From an uncultured virus (IMG/VR IMGVR_UViG_3300028883_000045) (taxonomy: Duplodnaviria > Heunggongvirae > Uroviricota > Caudoviricetes), in the IMG/VR virus record IMGVR_UViG_3300028883_000045: a DNA stretch of 64,000 bases; one strand, 5' to 3'. A program made the translations under genes and the position numbers. Positions 9,689-19,461 of the stretch are shown one piece after another; the first letter of the stretch is position 1, and each line of letters begins with the position of its first letter. The notes below the pieces were generated by a model, which was not told the DNA's origin, searched no databases, and saw nothing but the letters and a program-made list of their open reading frames with translations.

Positions 9689-10891
9689 GTGGCATTCGTG
9701 TTCAATCCCCCAACCAGGAAGGGTCGCAGAAAGTCCGCGACTCGCAAACGTCGGGCAGCCTCGAAGTCCGCCTCCAATTGGCGTGCCATGGTCAAGAAGT
9801 ACGGTGTCGCTGGCGCCGCGGCAAAGCGCAAGGCAGCCAAGAAGGCCGCTGCCAAGCGCAAGCGCACGCGCAAGACCACCAAGACCAAGAGCGTCAAGAA
9901 GCGGGTGACGAGGTCCAGGAAAAGGGTAAGGAGGAACCCCGTGGCCAGGAAGAAACGTCGCTCCACCCGGCGCAAGCGTAAGAGCTACGCCAAGAACCCG
10001 AGAAAGACCAGGAAGACCAGGAAGACCAGGCGGCGTAGCTATCGCCGCAACGCCTGGAAGGGCCAGCCCCGCAAGCACAGCAAGGCGGCCAAGCTGGGGT
10101 GGAGGCGCCGCAAACGCCGCAAGACCACGACCCGCAAGCGTCGCAAGACCGTCCGCCGGCGCAAGACCTACAGCCACCGCCGGTACGTCCGCCGGCGCGG
10201 GAAGCCCCGGGGCACCGCGAAGCAGGTTCGCGCCCGTCGGCGCAACATCCGCAAGGCACTGAACAAGCGTTACGGGCGGAAGTGGACCAAGCACTCCCGC
10301 GCGAAGTGGAACCCCGGCACCAGCCTGAGCCTGGGCGGGTTCAGCCGCTCGATGAGCCAGGCCTTCAGCCTCAACATGCTGAAGGACGGCCTGTCGGTGG
10401 CTGGTGGTATGGTCGGCGCGCTGGCTCTGCCGGCGGTCGTCCAGCGCATCCTTCCGTCCGCTGTCACCAGCCGCGTCTCGCTGGTCAGCGGGTGGACCGG
10501 GTACATCGCGAACTTCGCTTCGGCGGGGATCGTGGGTTACCTGGCGGGACTGGCCCTCGGTCCGTCTCGCGGTCGCCTGGTCCTCTACGGCGGTCTCGGC
10601 GGTGCCATGGCCAAGCTGCTGCTGGACAAGGTGCCGATGCTCAGCGCCAAGACCGGCGTCACCCTGAGCGGCAACTCCGAGCTGGACCGTCTGGTCGAGC
10701 AGGAGATCGCTGCGCAGCTGGCGACCGGCAGCAACATGGGCGCCTACCTGAACCCCGCGCAGGTCGGCGGGGCCGAGCAGCTGGGTGACTACGTCAGCCC
10801 CGGCCAGGTGGTCCGCTCCGAGCAGCTGGGCGGGATCTACGACTACCCCGAGTTCGGCGCGTACGACTCGGGCGTCGAGTTCCCTGTGTAA
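9689..10891 (+). CDS. Arg/Lys-rich core (DNA-condensing)-like protein with a hydrophobic membrane domain
   Basis: GGAGG RBS then GTG 9689; about 210 aa extremely basic with VFNP, RRNP, AKNP, KWNP; then about 3 hydrophobic helices; lies directly before the capsid genes. Confidence 0.7.
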   Translation: MAFVFNPPTRKGRRKSATRKRRAASKSASNWRAMVKKYGVAGAAAKRKAAKKAAAKRKRTRKTTKTKSVKKRVTRSRKRVRRNPVARKKRRSTRRKRKSYAKNPRKTRKTRKTRRRSYRRNAWKGQPRKHSKAAKLGWRRRKRRKTTTRKRRKTVRRRKTYSHRRYVRRRGKPRGTAKQVRARRRNIRKALNKRYGRKWTKHSRAKWNPGTSLSLGGFSRSMSQAFSLNMLKDGLSVAGGMVGALALPAVVQRILPSAVTSRVSLVSGWTGYIANFASAGIVGYLAGLALGPSRGRLVLYGGLGGAMAKLLLDKVPMLSAKTGVTLSGNSELDRLVEQEIAAQLATGSNMGAYLNPAQVGGAEQLGDYVSPGQVVRSEQLGGIYDYPEFGAYDSGVEFPV

Positions 10892-10900
10892 CACAAGGTG

Positions 10901-10931
10901 CATGGGGGCCGGGGCGTTCCCGGTCCCCATG
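10901..10931 (+). other. Intergenic hairpin
   Basis: CATGGGGGCCGGG/CCCGGTCCCCATG inverted repeat. Confidence 0.5.
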
Positions 10932-11007
10932 AAGAAAGGTTAGCCCCCGAGAACAGCTTCCTTCACCGGGAGGCCGGAAAAGGGGGCGAGCGCAAGGAGA
11001 GATTGAA

Positions 11008-11628
11008 ATGGCAGGTCGCACCCTCGTTGTTTCCAGTCCGCAGCCGCGGGCGACCCTGAGGCCGCTGAAGCAGCCCAGGTACGACACGGAGAACATCCCG
11101 TCGGCCGGTACGGCCAACACCCTGAACTTCTTCCAGCGTCCGATCGGCCAGGCGTTCGCGAACGCCCCGGTCGGTACCGGGAAGACCCTGGCCGACACCA
11201 ACATGCAGCAGGCCGGCCAGCTGGGCACCCCGACCGAATTCGACGTCTGGGGGTTCAACGTCCGGACGAACGTGACCATCACCCAGGCCGATCACCAGAT
11301 CGCGATGGACCAGGGCGTCTTCACGTTCAACTTCGGTCAGGGCAGGCCCTGGCTGCAGACCCAGCTGCGCGACATCCCCGCCGGCGTCGACAGCCACGGG
11401 TCGATGGCCGTGGACGGTGCCGGGGCTCTGGACGTGCGCCAGATCATCACCAACGGCATGCCGTCGATCAAGGAGCTCTACAGCTTCGCGGTCGGCCGCA
11501 AGCCCGTCCGGATCCGCTCGAACGAGACGTTCGGCGTAACCCTGAACTGGCCGAACGCCGCACCGAACCCCACGGTGTTCGTGCGCCTGACGGTCCTGAT
11601 CCGCGGCATCGAGTACTCGGCGCTCTAA
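11008..11628 (+). CDS. Putative single jelly-roll major capsid protein
   Basis: Strong RBS (AAGGAGA), highly biased codons, beta-strand-rich 206 aa, QPRYDT...TNM...GQL...F motifs, flanked by hairpins; fold inferred. Confidence 0.6.
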   Translation: MAGRTLVVSSPQPRATLRPLKQPRYDTENIPSAGTANTLNFFQRPIGQAFANAPVGTGKTLADTNMQQAGQLGTPTEFDVWGFNVRTNVTITQADHQIAMDQGVFTFNFGQGRPWLQTQLRDIPAGVDSHGSMAVDGAGALDVRQIITNGMPSIKELYSFAVGRKPVRIRSNETFGVTLNWPNAAPNPTVFVRLTVLIRGIEYSAL

Positions 11629-11663
11629 GGCCGGGCACTCAGAGTTCCAAAGCTCAACGGATA

Positions 11664-11692
11664 AAGGGGGGCGCCATCGGGGCGCCCCCCTT
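11664..11692 (+). terminator. Hairpin after the capsid gene
   Basis: AAGGGGGGCGCC/GGCGCCCCCCTT perfect 12-bp stem. Confidence 0.6.
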
Positions 11693-11744
11693 GTCCTAGA
11701 CAATCTGGGACAGCCTTTCCCGCAGTGAAAGGAGAGCCCTTCAG

Positions 11745-12629
11745 ATGGCTATCCCCCTCTTTCTCAAGCAGAAATCCACCGGCGTTGTTTACCTGAACGA
11801 GCTCAAGCGGTTCGTCAAGCCCTACTTCATGGTTCCCCAGAACGTCGGGAACCAGCTGGGGCAGGTCGCAGTGGGCGCGCTGGGAACCGGCAACATGATC
11901 CTCGCCCCGGACCAGAACGGCCCGTTCGAGGGGTTCTACTTCACCTCCGAGCACGGCGGGAACATGCTGGTCAGGATCAACGACGGCGGCGCGCGGCGCG
12001 ACCTCATGAACCGCGACGTCCACATCGACACGATCATGACCCCCGTCCCCGGCGGTCAGCGTCCGTTCATGCTCCCGGAGGGCCTCTGGATCCAGCAGCG
12101 CCGGAGCCTGCTCTTCACGTTCACGGACCTGTCCGGCGCGGCCCAGACGGTCAGACCGGTGCTCCACGGCCGGAAGTTCTTCCTGAAGCAGGCTACCCCG
12201 GGGCTCGCCAGCAAGTTCATTGCCCGGCGGGACATGATCAACCAGGTCACGACCCCCTTCTTCTACACCACCGACAACGACGTCAACCTGCCGCTGGCCA
12301 CGACCGCGAATCAGCAGGAAACCATCACGGTCAATGACGAGGGGCACTTCCTCGCGACCAAGATCACGTGCGTCTCCCAGGGCCCGTTCGACTTCATCAT
12401 CAAGGATGGTCGCACCGGCCAGTCGCTGAGCGGCGCGGTTCGGGTCTCGAACACGGGGTGCACCGGGATTTCCCGCTTCCCGTACGTCTTCCCGGAGCCC
12501 TGGCTGATCGAGCGCAACTCCCAGATCATAATCGAGTTCACCAACCGGTTCGCGCTGGGCTCGAACAACATCTGGATGACCTGGACCGGCCGGCGCATCT
12601 ACGACGAGCAGTACCAGGAAATCCTCTAA
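11745..12629 (+). CDS. Putative second capsid protein with internal duplication (double jelly-roll-like)
   Basis: The two halves align: INDGGARRDLMN/IKDGRTGQSLSG, PFMLPEGLWI..RSLLFTFTD/PYVFPEPWLI..NSQIIIEFTN, LHGRKFF/WTGRRIY. Confidence 0.6.
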   Translation: MAIPLFLKQKSTGVVYLNELKRFVKPYFMVPQNVGNQLGQVAVGALGTGNMILAPDQNGPFEGFYFTSEHGGNMLVRINDGGARRDLMNRDVHIDTIMTPVPGGQRPFMLPEGLWIQQRRSLLFTFTDLSGAAQTVRPVLHGRKFFLKQATPGLASKFIARRDMINQVTTPFFYTTDNDVNLPLATTANQQETITVNDEGHFLATKITCVSQGPFDFIIKDGRTGQSLSGAVRVSNTGCTGISRFPYVFPEPWLIERNSQIIIEFTNRFALGSNNIWMTWTGRRIYDEQYQEIL

Positions 12630-12644
12630 TCGGGAGGGCGCATC

Positions 12645-13130
12645 GTGCCCGAAAACCCGCTTGACTTCACCGCGCCCGCGGGGCAGAAGCCCCGCGGGCC
12701 GGGCGGTTACATTGCAGGAGGGGAGCCCGTCTTCTCCGGGCCTACCCGGGGGTTCTTCGACAACCTCAAGTCGTTCCTCCAGCGATACGTTTTCATCGCC
12801 AAGCCCGAGCCGTTCAAGTACTGGCGGGCGAACAGCTATGCCCTGCCGGCCGGCAACACCTGGCTGGACGAGATGGACTACATGGAGGGGCGCCGCGCAT
12901 GGGTGATCATCAATCACCAGTACTTCGACTGGACGCTGGGCGTGGCGCCCACGGCGGTCGACTACGTCTACTGTAACAGCGTCCCGATCCAGGCCGTCGG
13001 TCAGGGGCTCTGGATCTACGCCAATGGAGGGGTCCTGAGCAATCCCGTCGGATGGGGGCTCAGTGGCCAGAGGGTACACGTTCTTCCGGGAACCCCAGGT
13101 ACCAGCATAACCTTCATCCAATACGCATAG
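12645..13130 (+). CDS. Beta-rich putative minor capsid/penton protein
   Basis: Position after capsid genes; beta-strand pattern. Confidence 0.45.
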   Translation: MPENPLDFTAPAGQKPRGPGGYIAGGEPVFSGPTRGFFDNLKSFLQRYVFIAKPEPFKYWRANSYALPAGNTWLDEMDYMEGRRAWVIINHQYFDWTLGVAPTAVDYVYCNSVPIQAVGQGLWIYANGGVLSNPVGWGLSGQRVHVLPGTPGTSITFIQYA

Positions 13131-13143
13131 GGGGGGGGGGCTC

Positions 13144-14385
13144 GTGGTCCAGGTCTCGATGTACGAACCCCTGTTCGAGGCCCGCGCGGGCGGCGGGGTG
13201 CCCGTCATCGGTGGGTTTGGCGGTGGGGGTTTCCCCGGGGGAGCCCCCGTCACGGGCGGTCCGGGCCCGGGCGTGCCTGGCCCCGGGATCCCGCCCGTAC
13301 CGCTCTACACGATCTTCACTATGGGGGTTGGGGACTCCGGGGGCGCGCCCGTCGGCCGTCGGATCGCCGGGTGGAACACCATCTCCTCGCAGTTCGACGT
13401 GCTGCCGGCGGGCGGCGGAGTTGCGTGCGCATGGGAAGCGGATTCGGTGGCAGCGAGCAATCTGGCATGCTTCTATTCGAGCGCGGGGGGGTTCGACTAC
13501 ATCGAAGCAACTGCTTACCCCACACCCATCGCGTTCGGAGGCGGGTTTCTCGCGTTCTCGCAGAAGGGCGCCGGCATCTACTCGCGGATCCTCACCCACG
13601 ACTCAGCCCAGTTCTACTTCATGGAGCAATCCCCCTTACCCCCCTTCTCACTGACGCTGGCCGTGGCCGCCGATCCGCGGGCGGGGTGGTTTATGCCCGG
13701 CGTTCCGGGTCCATACATCGGCATTGGGCTGACCTGCTACGCGTTTCAGGGCGGCGCGGTGTTCATGGTCTCGGACGGATTCCTGGGCGGCGGCGGGGTT
13801 GCTCGCACGATCAACCAGGGCCTCGCCTGGACCCAGCCGCTACCAGCGTTGCTCAACATCACCGGCGCGGGGATGACCGAGGAACCCGCAGGAACTCGTG
13901 GGTTCCTGTCCACGACCGACAACGTCTCTGGCGGGTGGCAGTTCCGCAACACGAACGACCAGGGTGCAACATGGAACCTGATATACGACTGGTCCGCTGC
14001 CGGCCCCCCGTTTGGCACTTGGCTGGGCCCCGCATTTGTGCACCGCTGCGTGGCGCTGAGTCCTACGGTGCTGGTACACAGCTACTTCGATTCCGTCAGC
14101 GTCACGGTGGGCATTATGCGCTCAACCGACGGGGGAGCCACCTGGGCAAGCGTCTACACAGATCCTACGCGTTTCGTCCTGTATGACATGTGGCAGGAAA
14201 CCACCACTGGAGACCTGTACGCCTTGCTGGATACTTGGGGGGCCGACGGGCGCATCATCCGCAGCCAGGATGCGGGTGCGTCGTGGGCGGTCTGGTACGA
14301 TCAGCCCCTGAACATCCTCGGGCCCGGCGGTACCGCGCCGAACACATCTGTAGAGGGGCTGCTTATCGCGGGGGGCCACCGATGA
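13144..14385 (+). CDS. Asp-box/BNR-repeat beta-propeller (sialidase-like fold), putative spike
   Basis: RTINQGLAW, NTNDQGATW, RSTDGGATW, RSQDAGASW repeats; Gly/Pro-rich N-terminal linker. Confidence 0.65.
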   Translation: MVQVSMYEPLFEARAGGGVPVIGGFGGGGFPGGAPVTGGPGPGVPGPGIPPVPLYTIFTMGVGDSGGAPVGRRIAGWNTISSQFDVLPAGGGVACAWEADSVAASNLACFYSSAGGFDYIEATAYPTPIAFGGGFLAFSQKGAGIYSRILTHDSAQFYFMEQSPLPPFSLTLAVAADPRAGWFMPGVPGPYIGIGLTCYAFQGGAVFMVSDGFLGGGGVARTINQGLAWTQPLPALLNITGAGMTEEPAGTRGFLSTTDNVSGGWQFRNTNDQGATWNLIYDWSAAGPPFGTWLGPAFVHRCVALSPTVLVHSYFDSVSVTVGIMRSTDGGATWASVYTDPTRFVLYDMWQETTTGDLYALLDTWGADGRIIRSQDAGASWAVWYDQPLNILGPGGTAPNTSVEGLLIAGGHR

Positions 14386-14402
14386 TTTTCCGAATCCCGG
14401 TC

Positions 14403-14431
14403 TTGCTCGCGGAGGGGTTCTTCGGTAGAAT
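14403..14431 (+). promoter_or_regulatory. Sigma70-like promoter
   Basis: TTGCTC-17 nt-TAGAAT ahead of AGGAG RBS and ATG 14459. Confidence 0.5.
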
Positions 14432-14458
14432 GCTCAATGTGCATCAGGAGACCAAATC

Positions 14459-15019
14459 ATGGCTCTAACCCGCAAACGCACCTCTCCCAACAGGGAACAT
14501 TCCTCCAGCCCGATCTCCTCGAGGGGGAGCCCCTTCCCGGGCAATATGCTCGCGCACGGGGTGCCTGAGAGCGCGGAGCGCCCTTCGGGGTTGATCTTCT
14601 CCCCGAAGGACCTCGAGACCCGGCTGAAGGCGCTCAGGACCTACACGCCCGAGCAGGCCGAGGACATGATCACGGTCGTCTCCTCGGCGATCCAGGTGGC
14701 GCTGGACCGCTTCTCGGTCTTCGTCCAGAGCAAGACCTTCCAGAACTGGGACATCCAGCTGGTAGCGCTGGCGGCGAACGTCGCGAGCCGGCTGGACCTC
14801 AATGCCGACATAGTCGCCGAGCATCGACGGGCAGTGATGTTCGTGAACCCCAACGCCACGAACATTCTCTGGGTCGGCAAGAGCAATGTCGTTATCGCCG
14901 GCGGGGTTCCCGTTGCGGCCGGAGGAGGCACTTACCAGGTCTCGATCGAGGGGGCGCGGGTCCAGCACTACGGGATCATCGCTGCGAACGAAACTATCCC
15001 GGTAATCACCTTCTGGTAG
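14459..15019 (+). CDS. Putative virion protein with beta-rich C-terminal domain
   Basis: RBS AGGAG; RRAVMFVN...ILWVG segment similar in pattern to RRAWVIIN...WTLG of 12645-13130. Confidence 0.5.
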   Translation: MALTRKRTSPNREHSSSPISSRGSPFPGNMLAHGVPESAERPSGLIFSPKDLETRLKALRTYTPEQAEDMITVVSSAIQVALDRFSVFVQSKTFQNWDIQLVALAANVASRLDLNADIVAEHRRAVMFVNPNATNILWVGKSNVVIAGGVPVAAGGGTYQVSIEGARVQHYGIIAANETIPVITFW

Positions 15020-15026
15020 GCCGATC

Positions 15027-17342
15027 ATGTCCGGCGTAGTAAACATGGCCTGGGGGCTCAGCCTCGGCAACAGCGGGGTTCGGGCCCATAGTCTGCTTAC
15101 CGGGCTGCTGACGGGTAACGATCACAACCAATACGCGCCCCGCATGGGCCTGGTAGATCCCGCTGAAGCGGTTACGGCCTTCGACAACGCCTCGCGCACC
15201 TTTACGATCTCCCCGGTCGGCGCCAGCTGGCGCCTGCACATGTACGGGGTGGAGTACGTCAAGACCACCGAGAGCGTCACGATCACCAACAACGAGGGCC
15301 TTTGGCTCTTTTACTACGACGCCAATCAGGTGTTGCAGGCTACGCAGGGATACGTCGACCTGTTGATTGGCGCCTACGTGGGCTGGATCTACTGGGACTC
15401 GACTAACGCTCAGGCGATCTACAAGGGTTACGAGCTGCACGGGCTCGATTACCCCGCTGCTGTTCACCGGCAGCTGCACAACAGCATTCACACGACCTAT
15501 CAGACTGATGGCGGCCTGGCAGTTACCGACATTACGTTTGGGAACGGTGGCGCAAACGCCGATGCCCAATGTGGCATCTCGGACGGCACGATCTTCGACG
15601 AAGACATCCGCATACACATTGCTAACGCTGTTGCGCCCGCAGATCTCTTTGAGCAGATCCTAGCAGCCCCCTGTCAGCTGCCCGGGTTCTACAAGTCCGG
15701 CGCCGGCGGTGACTGGCGCCTGAAAGCTGCTGACACGTATCCGTGCATGCAGGCCAGCTTCACCGGAGTGGGCACGCGTCTCTCGTACAACGACCCCGCG
15801 GGTCCCTGGGACTTCGCCGAAGTGAACAATGGTGGCCACGTGGCCAGCTGGATCTGCGCGACGAACAACATGAACGCCCCGGTGGTCTTCATCTGCGGCC
15901 AGCGGCAGGACAACAATCTCAACATAGCGCGGCAGAACAACACCTTCGATGGGCTTGACCTTACGGGGTTGCCCTTCCAGGAAATGGTGCCCATTGCGCG
16001 GCTCATCTTTCAGACCTCGAACGCACACGGCAACGCGCCCAAGGCCCGCATCCGCGACTACCAGGACCTGCGGGGCACGACCAACATACGCGGTGCGAGC
16101 TACGTGCCAGTCAATCACCAGAGCCTCTCGGGCCTGGATCAGGACGACCACCCCGTCCACTACACTGGCGGTGAAGACATCACCTCCGAGACCCTTACCG
16201 CCAACCAGGATGACTGGAACCCCGCCGATCTTCAGACCGCGGGCATCTCGCGGGTCGACACCGATGGCGCCGACTATGACATAACGGGCATCACGGCGCC
16301 CGATGGGACTTACCGCACCAACGGCAAGATGCTGATCATCACGAACGTCGATGCGGCGCAGACCATTACCCTCAAAAACGAAGATGCAGCCAGCGTTGCC
16401 GCCAACCGAATGGCCCTGGGGGCGGACCTTGCGCTTGCCCCGTACCAGAGCGCGTTGATCTGGTACGACACTACGTCAAGTCGCTGGCGTCCACTTGGTG
16501 ACGGGGGCAACCTGCGGCTTCACGCCGACAGGCATGCCGGTGCTGGTGCCGATCCGATTATCAGCCTCGGCGCTCACGACATTACCGGGGACGCTGAGTT
16601 GCAGAATGGCATAGACCTGACGTGCGCCGTGGCTGGCGGGAGCGACCTGTTCAGCAGCGGGACTCCGGGCGGCACGGCCTACCTGCAGCAGTACAATGCC
16701 AACTACAGCGCGAGCGTGGCCGCGGGGGGGTACTTTCCCCAGTATTCCGGCACCATCGGGATACAGATCACCGACGATGCGGCATACTATCAGATAGGTA
16801 TCCAAGCATACGCGTGGCAAACAGTGGCAGCCACCAAGACCAATACCGGCTACCTGCACGGATCCTACGCGCAGGCGTTTAGAAATATCATTTCTGGCGC
16901 GGATGACGACGGCACGCTGGTAGCCCTCCGGGGCCAGTACATTCAGTATGGGCACTACAATCTCGAAGCCGGGGAAACCCCGCAAACTACCAATGCGTAT
17001 GGGCTCCACATTGACCCATACTACATGTCCGGCACCATCGCTAACATGTATGACATCTATCTGGGGGCCGGCTCCAGCGGCGGCACGGTCACTAACCCGT
17101 GGGGCATCTATCAGGCCAACAGCAGGACCAATTACTTTGGCGGCGACGTACAGATGGCAGCGGCCAAATCTGTTGACTGCGCTACCAACGGTGGCTACCT
17201 CAAGCCCCGCCGCGTCTCGCAGTCTGCGCAGCCGACACCAGATACTGCGGAATTACTGGTGTGGCGCGATACGGATGACAACAAGACGTACCTTGTTTAC
17301 GAGGACCCGGACGTGGGGACACGCAAGGTGGAGATGACGTAA
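15027..17342 (+). CDS. Fibre/spike-like multidomain protein
   Basis: 771 aa rich in G/A/T/N; H..L.GL..DDH.Y motifs typical of phage fibres; shares a roughly 100-aa module with 17761-19461. Confidence 0.6.
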   Translation: MSGVVNMAWGLSLGNSGVRAHSLLTGLLTGNDHNQYAPRMGLVDPAEAVTAFDNASRTFTISPVGASWRLHMYGVEYVKTTESVTITNNEGLWLFYYDANQVLQATQGYVDLLIGAYVGWIYWDSTNAQAIYKGYELHGLDYPAAVHRQLHNSIHTTYQTDGGLAVTDITFGNGGANADAQCGISDGTIFDEDIRIHIANAVAPADLFEQILAAPCQLPGFYKSGAGGDWRLKAADTYPCMQASFTGVGTRLSYNDPAGPWDFAEVNNGGHVASWICATNNMNAPVVFICGQRQDNNLNIARQNNTFDGLDLTGLPFQEMVPIARLIFQTSNAHGNAPKARIRDYQDLRGTTNIRGASYVPVNHQSLSGLDQDDHPVHYTGGEDITSETLTANQDDWNPADLQTAGISRVDTDGADYDITGITAPDGTYRTNGKMLIITNVDAAQTITLKNEDAASVAANRMALGADLALAPYQSALIWYDTTSSRWRPLGDGGNLRLHADRHAGAGADPIISLGAHDITGDAELQNGIDLTCAVAGGSDLFSSGTPGGTAYLQQYNANYSASVAAGGYFPQYSGTIGIQITDDAAYYQIGIQAYAWQTVAATKTNTGYLHGSYAQAFRNIISGADDDGTLVALRGQYIQYGHYNLEAGETPQTTNAYGLHIDPYYMSGTIANMYDIYLGAGSSGGTVTNPWGIYQANSRTNYFGGDVQMAAAKSVDCATNGGYLKPRRVSQSAQPTPDTAELLVWRDTDDNKTYLVYEDPDVGTRKVEMT

Positions 17343-17352
17343 GGAGATCATC

Positions 17353-17550
17353 ATGGTTACCGAGCTAGCCAAAGGAAAAAGCACTACGGTTACGTGGAAG
17401 AAGCTGGAGTGTTACCGGGTCAGGGCGGCCATTCGCCTGCTGGATGCCGAGGGGAAGATCATCGGGGAAATAGCGCTAAATCTCGACGACGACAAAATAC
17501 CCCCGGCAGTCGCTTCCGCACTGGAAGAAATTCAGGGGGCTAAGGAATAA
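17353..17550 (+). CDS. Hypothetical protein
   Basis: AAGGAG RBS; operon packing. Confidence 0.5.
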   Translation: MVTELAKGKSTTVTWKKLECYRVRAAIRLLDAEGKIIGEIALNLDDDKIPPAVASALEEIQGAKE

Positions 17551-17760
17551 ATGCCTCTCTCAGATGACGAACAGAAGCAGTTGATTGTGATGCTCAGCAA
17601 TCAAATACGCATTCCCCTTACGGCGACCGACTCCCTGGACGTGGGGCGGAAGGTTATGGCGGCTTCGGTCGCGATCCTTGCCTCCATGGTAACAATAGAC
17701 CAGAAGCCTGGGTCGCTCCAGCAGCCCCAGGGGTCACCCGCCGCTCCGACGGAGAAGTAA
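17551..17760 (+). CDS. Hypothetical protein
   Basis: Abuts neighbours on both sides. Confidence 0.5.
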   Translation: MPLSDDEQKQLIVMLSNQIRIPLTATDSLDVGRKVMAASVAILASMVTIDQKPGSLQQPQGSPAAPTEK

Positions 17761-19461
17761 ATGCCGAACCTGGCCATAGGGATCCTGGGTGTTAGCCCCC
17801 CTCCGGGGGGTGGGGGTTTTGACCCTGATAACACCGTGATCGTCGCCAAGGGCGGCACGGGCGGGGTGGACTCCAACACGATCCAGGGCGCCATAGACAG
17901 CATCACGGACGCCAGTGCCGCCAAGCCCTACACGGTCCTGGTCTTTCCGGGGACTTACATTGAGGACCTGATGCTACAGCCGTTCGTGAGTCTTTACGGG
18001 CTGGGCGATACCCTGTACCCCGTGCAGGTCGTCGCCGCGGCGGGAGCCGCGATCACCCTGCCGAACGTGGCCGCCGTGGCGGACGCGGGACTTACGATCA
18101 AGGGCATCACGTTCATCAGCGCGCAGGACGCGCCGATGGTCAACCTGCCGGCGGGAATGGGAAGCTTCTTCTTCCGGAACTGCATGTTCCTGCACTCGGT
18201 GGATAATCTCGCCCAGAACCTGGTTGAGCAGGCCGCCGGAGAGCTCTTCTTCGACGGCTGCGAACTGCTCTACAACATGGACGGTAACACCGGGGGCGCC
18301 AGCGAGCACAACGTCTTCTCCGTTACCGCCGAAGCGGACCTGTCGGTCAAGAACTGCCGCCTGAGCGCCAACATCGAGGACCCCACTGGGACCGTAAATA
18401 TCATCCACGCCGCTAACGCAGCGATCAGCATAAGCTTCGATAACAACATCTGCCGCAGCTACACCTCCGGTGCGAGGACGTGTCTTTTCGTGTTCACCGA
18501 GAGCACGCTCTCCGGCGACGAGCAGAAGTTCACCGGCAATTATGTAGAACTTTCCGCTCCCGGGTTCGCAGGCCAAGCGACCACCTACCTCATCGACAGC
18601 GGCGGCAACAACTCGGAGGTCCGCTCTGTCCACAACGTGTATGAGTACGGCACCGTGGCGGGCACCGAAAACCTGGTGATCGTGGCCAACGGCGACGCGC
18701 TCTACAGCAGGCTGGACTACTGGGGCACCAACGCGGACCCGATCGGGCTCGGGACCTTCGAGAATACCTCCATGTGGGATCCCGACAACATGGAGCTCGC
18801 GGGCCGCCAGAACTGGACGGGGGTCCTCACCCCCGCGCAGATCACCGCCAACCAGAACAACTACAACCCCACAGGGCTGGACAACGCGGCGATCATGCAC
18901 CTGGACTCCAACGGGAGCTACAACATAACCGGGATCACGGCCCCTCCGCAGCACGCCGAGGGGCGCATACTGGTCATCTATAACACGAACCAGGACAAGC
19001 GCATCACGCTCATGGACCAGGACGGAGCCAGCCTGGCAGCAAATCGTTTTGCCTTGGGCGGCAAGGACTTCGTGATCGAAGCCGGGCAGTGCGTCATACT
19101 GCAGTACGATGACGTGAATAACAACTGGCGGATCATCGGATCCAGCCACACCGGTGGCGGCGAAAGCATCATCAAGGGCTGGATCCAGTTCAGCGGCCAG
19201 GGCATCGTCGCCATTCAAGACAGCTACAACGTCAGCAGCATTGCGGATAACGGTGCGGGCAACTACACGGTCTTCTGGGACACGGACTTCGCGAACAACG
19301 ATTACGCTTGCGTCACCACCTATCACGACAATTCCATTCTTGATGTCTGGACACCGACTTCGTTACTCGCTGCTGCATCGGCTCAGGTGTTTTGCTGGAG
19401 GTCTACGCTGGTAGGTTACGATCCAGATTTTTACAGCGTCATGGCCATAGGAGACCAGTGA
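17761..19461 (+). CDS. Tailspike-like protein: pectin-lyase-type beta-helix plus C-terminal fibre-tip domain
   Basis: TIQGAIDSI...YTVLVFPGTYIE helix-cap motif; C-terminal KGWIQFSG...SYNVSSIADNGAGNYTVFW. Confidence 0.65.
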   Translation: MPNLAIGILGVSPPPGGGGFDPDNTVIVAKGGTGGVDSNTIQGAIDSITDASAAKPYTVLVFPGTYIEDLMLQPFVSLYGLGDTLYPVQVVAAAGAAITLPNVAAVADAGLTIKGITFISAQDAPMVNLPAGMGSFFFRNCMFLHSVDNLAQNLVEQAAGELFFDGCELLYNMDGNTGGASEHNVFSVTAEADLSVKNCRLSANIEDPTGTVNIIHAANAAISISFDNNICRSYTSGARTCLFVFTESTLSGDEQKFTGNYVELSAPGFAGQATTYLIDSGGNNSEVRSVHNVYEYGTVAGTENLVIVANGDALYSRLDYWGTNADPIGLGTFENTSMWDPDNMELAGRQNWTGVLTPAQITANQNNYNPTGLDNAAIMHLDSNGSYNITGITAPPQHAEGRILVIYNTNQDKRITLMDQDGASLAANRFALGGKDFVIEAGQCVILQYDDVNNNWRIIGSSHTGGGESIIKGWIQFSGQGIVAIQDSYNVSSIADNGAGNYTVFWDTDFANNDYACVTTYHDNSILDVWTPTSLLAAASAQVFCWRSTLVGYDPDFYSVMAIGDQ

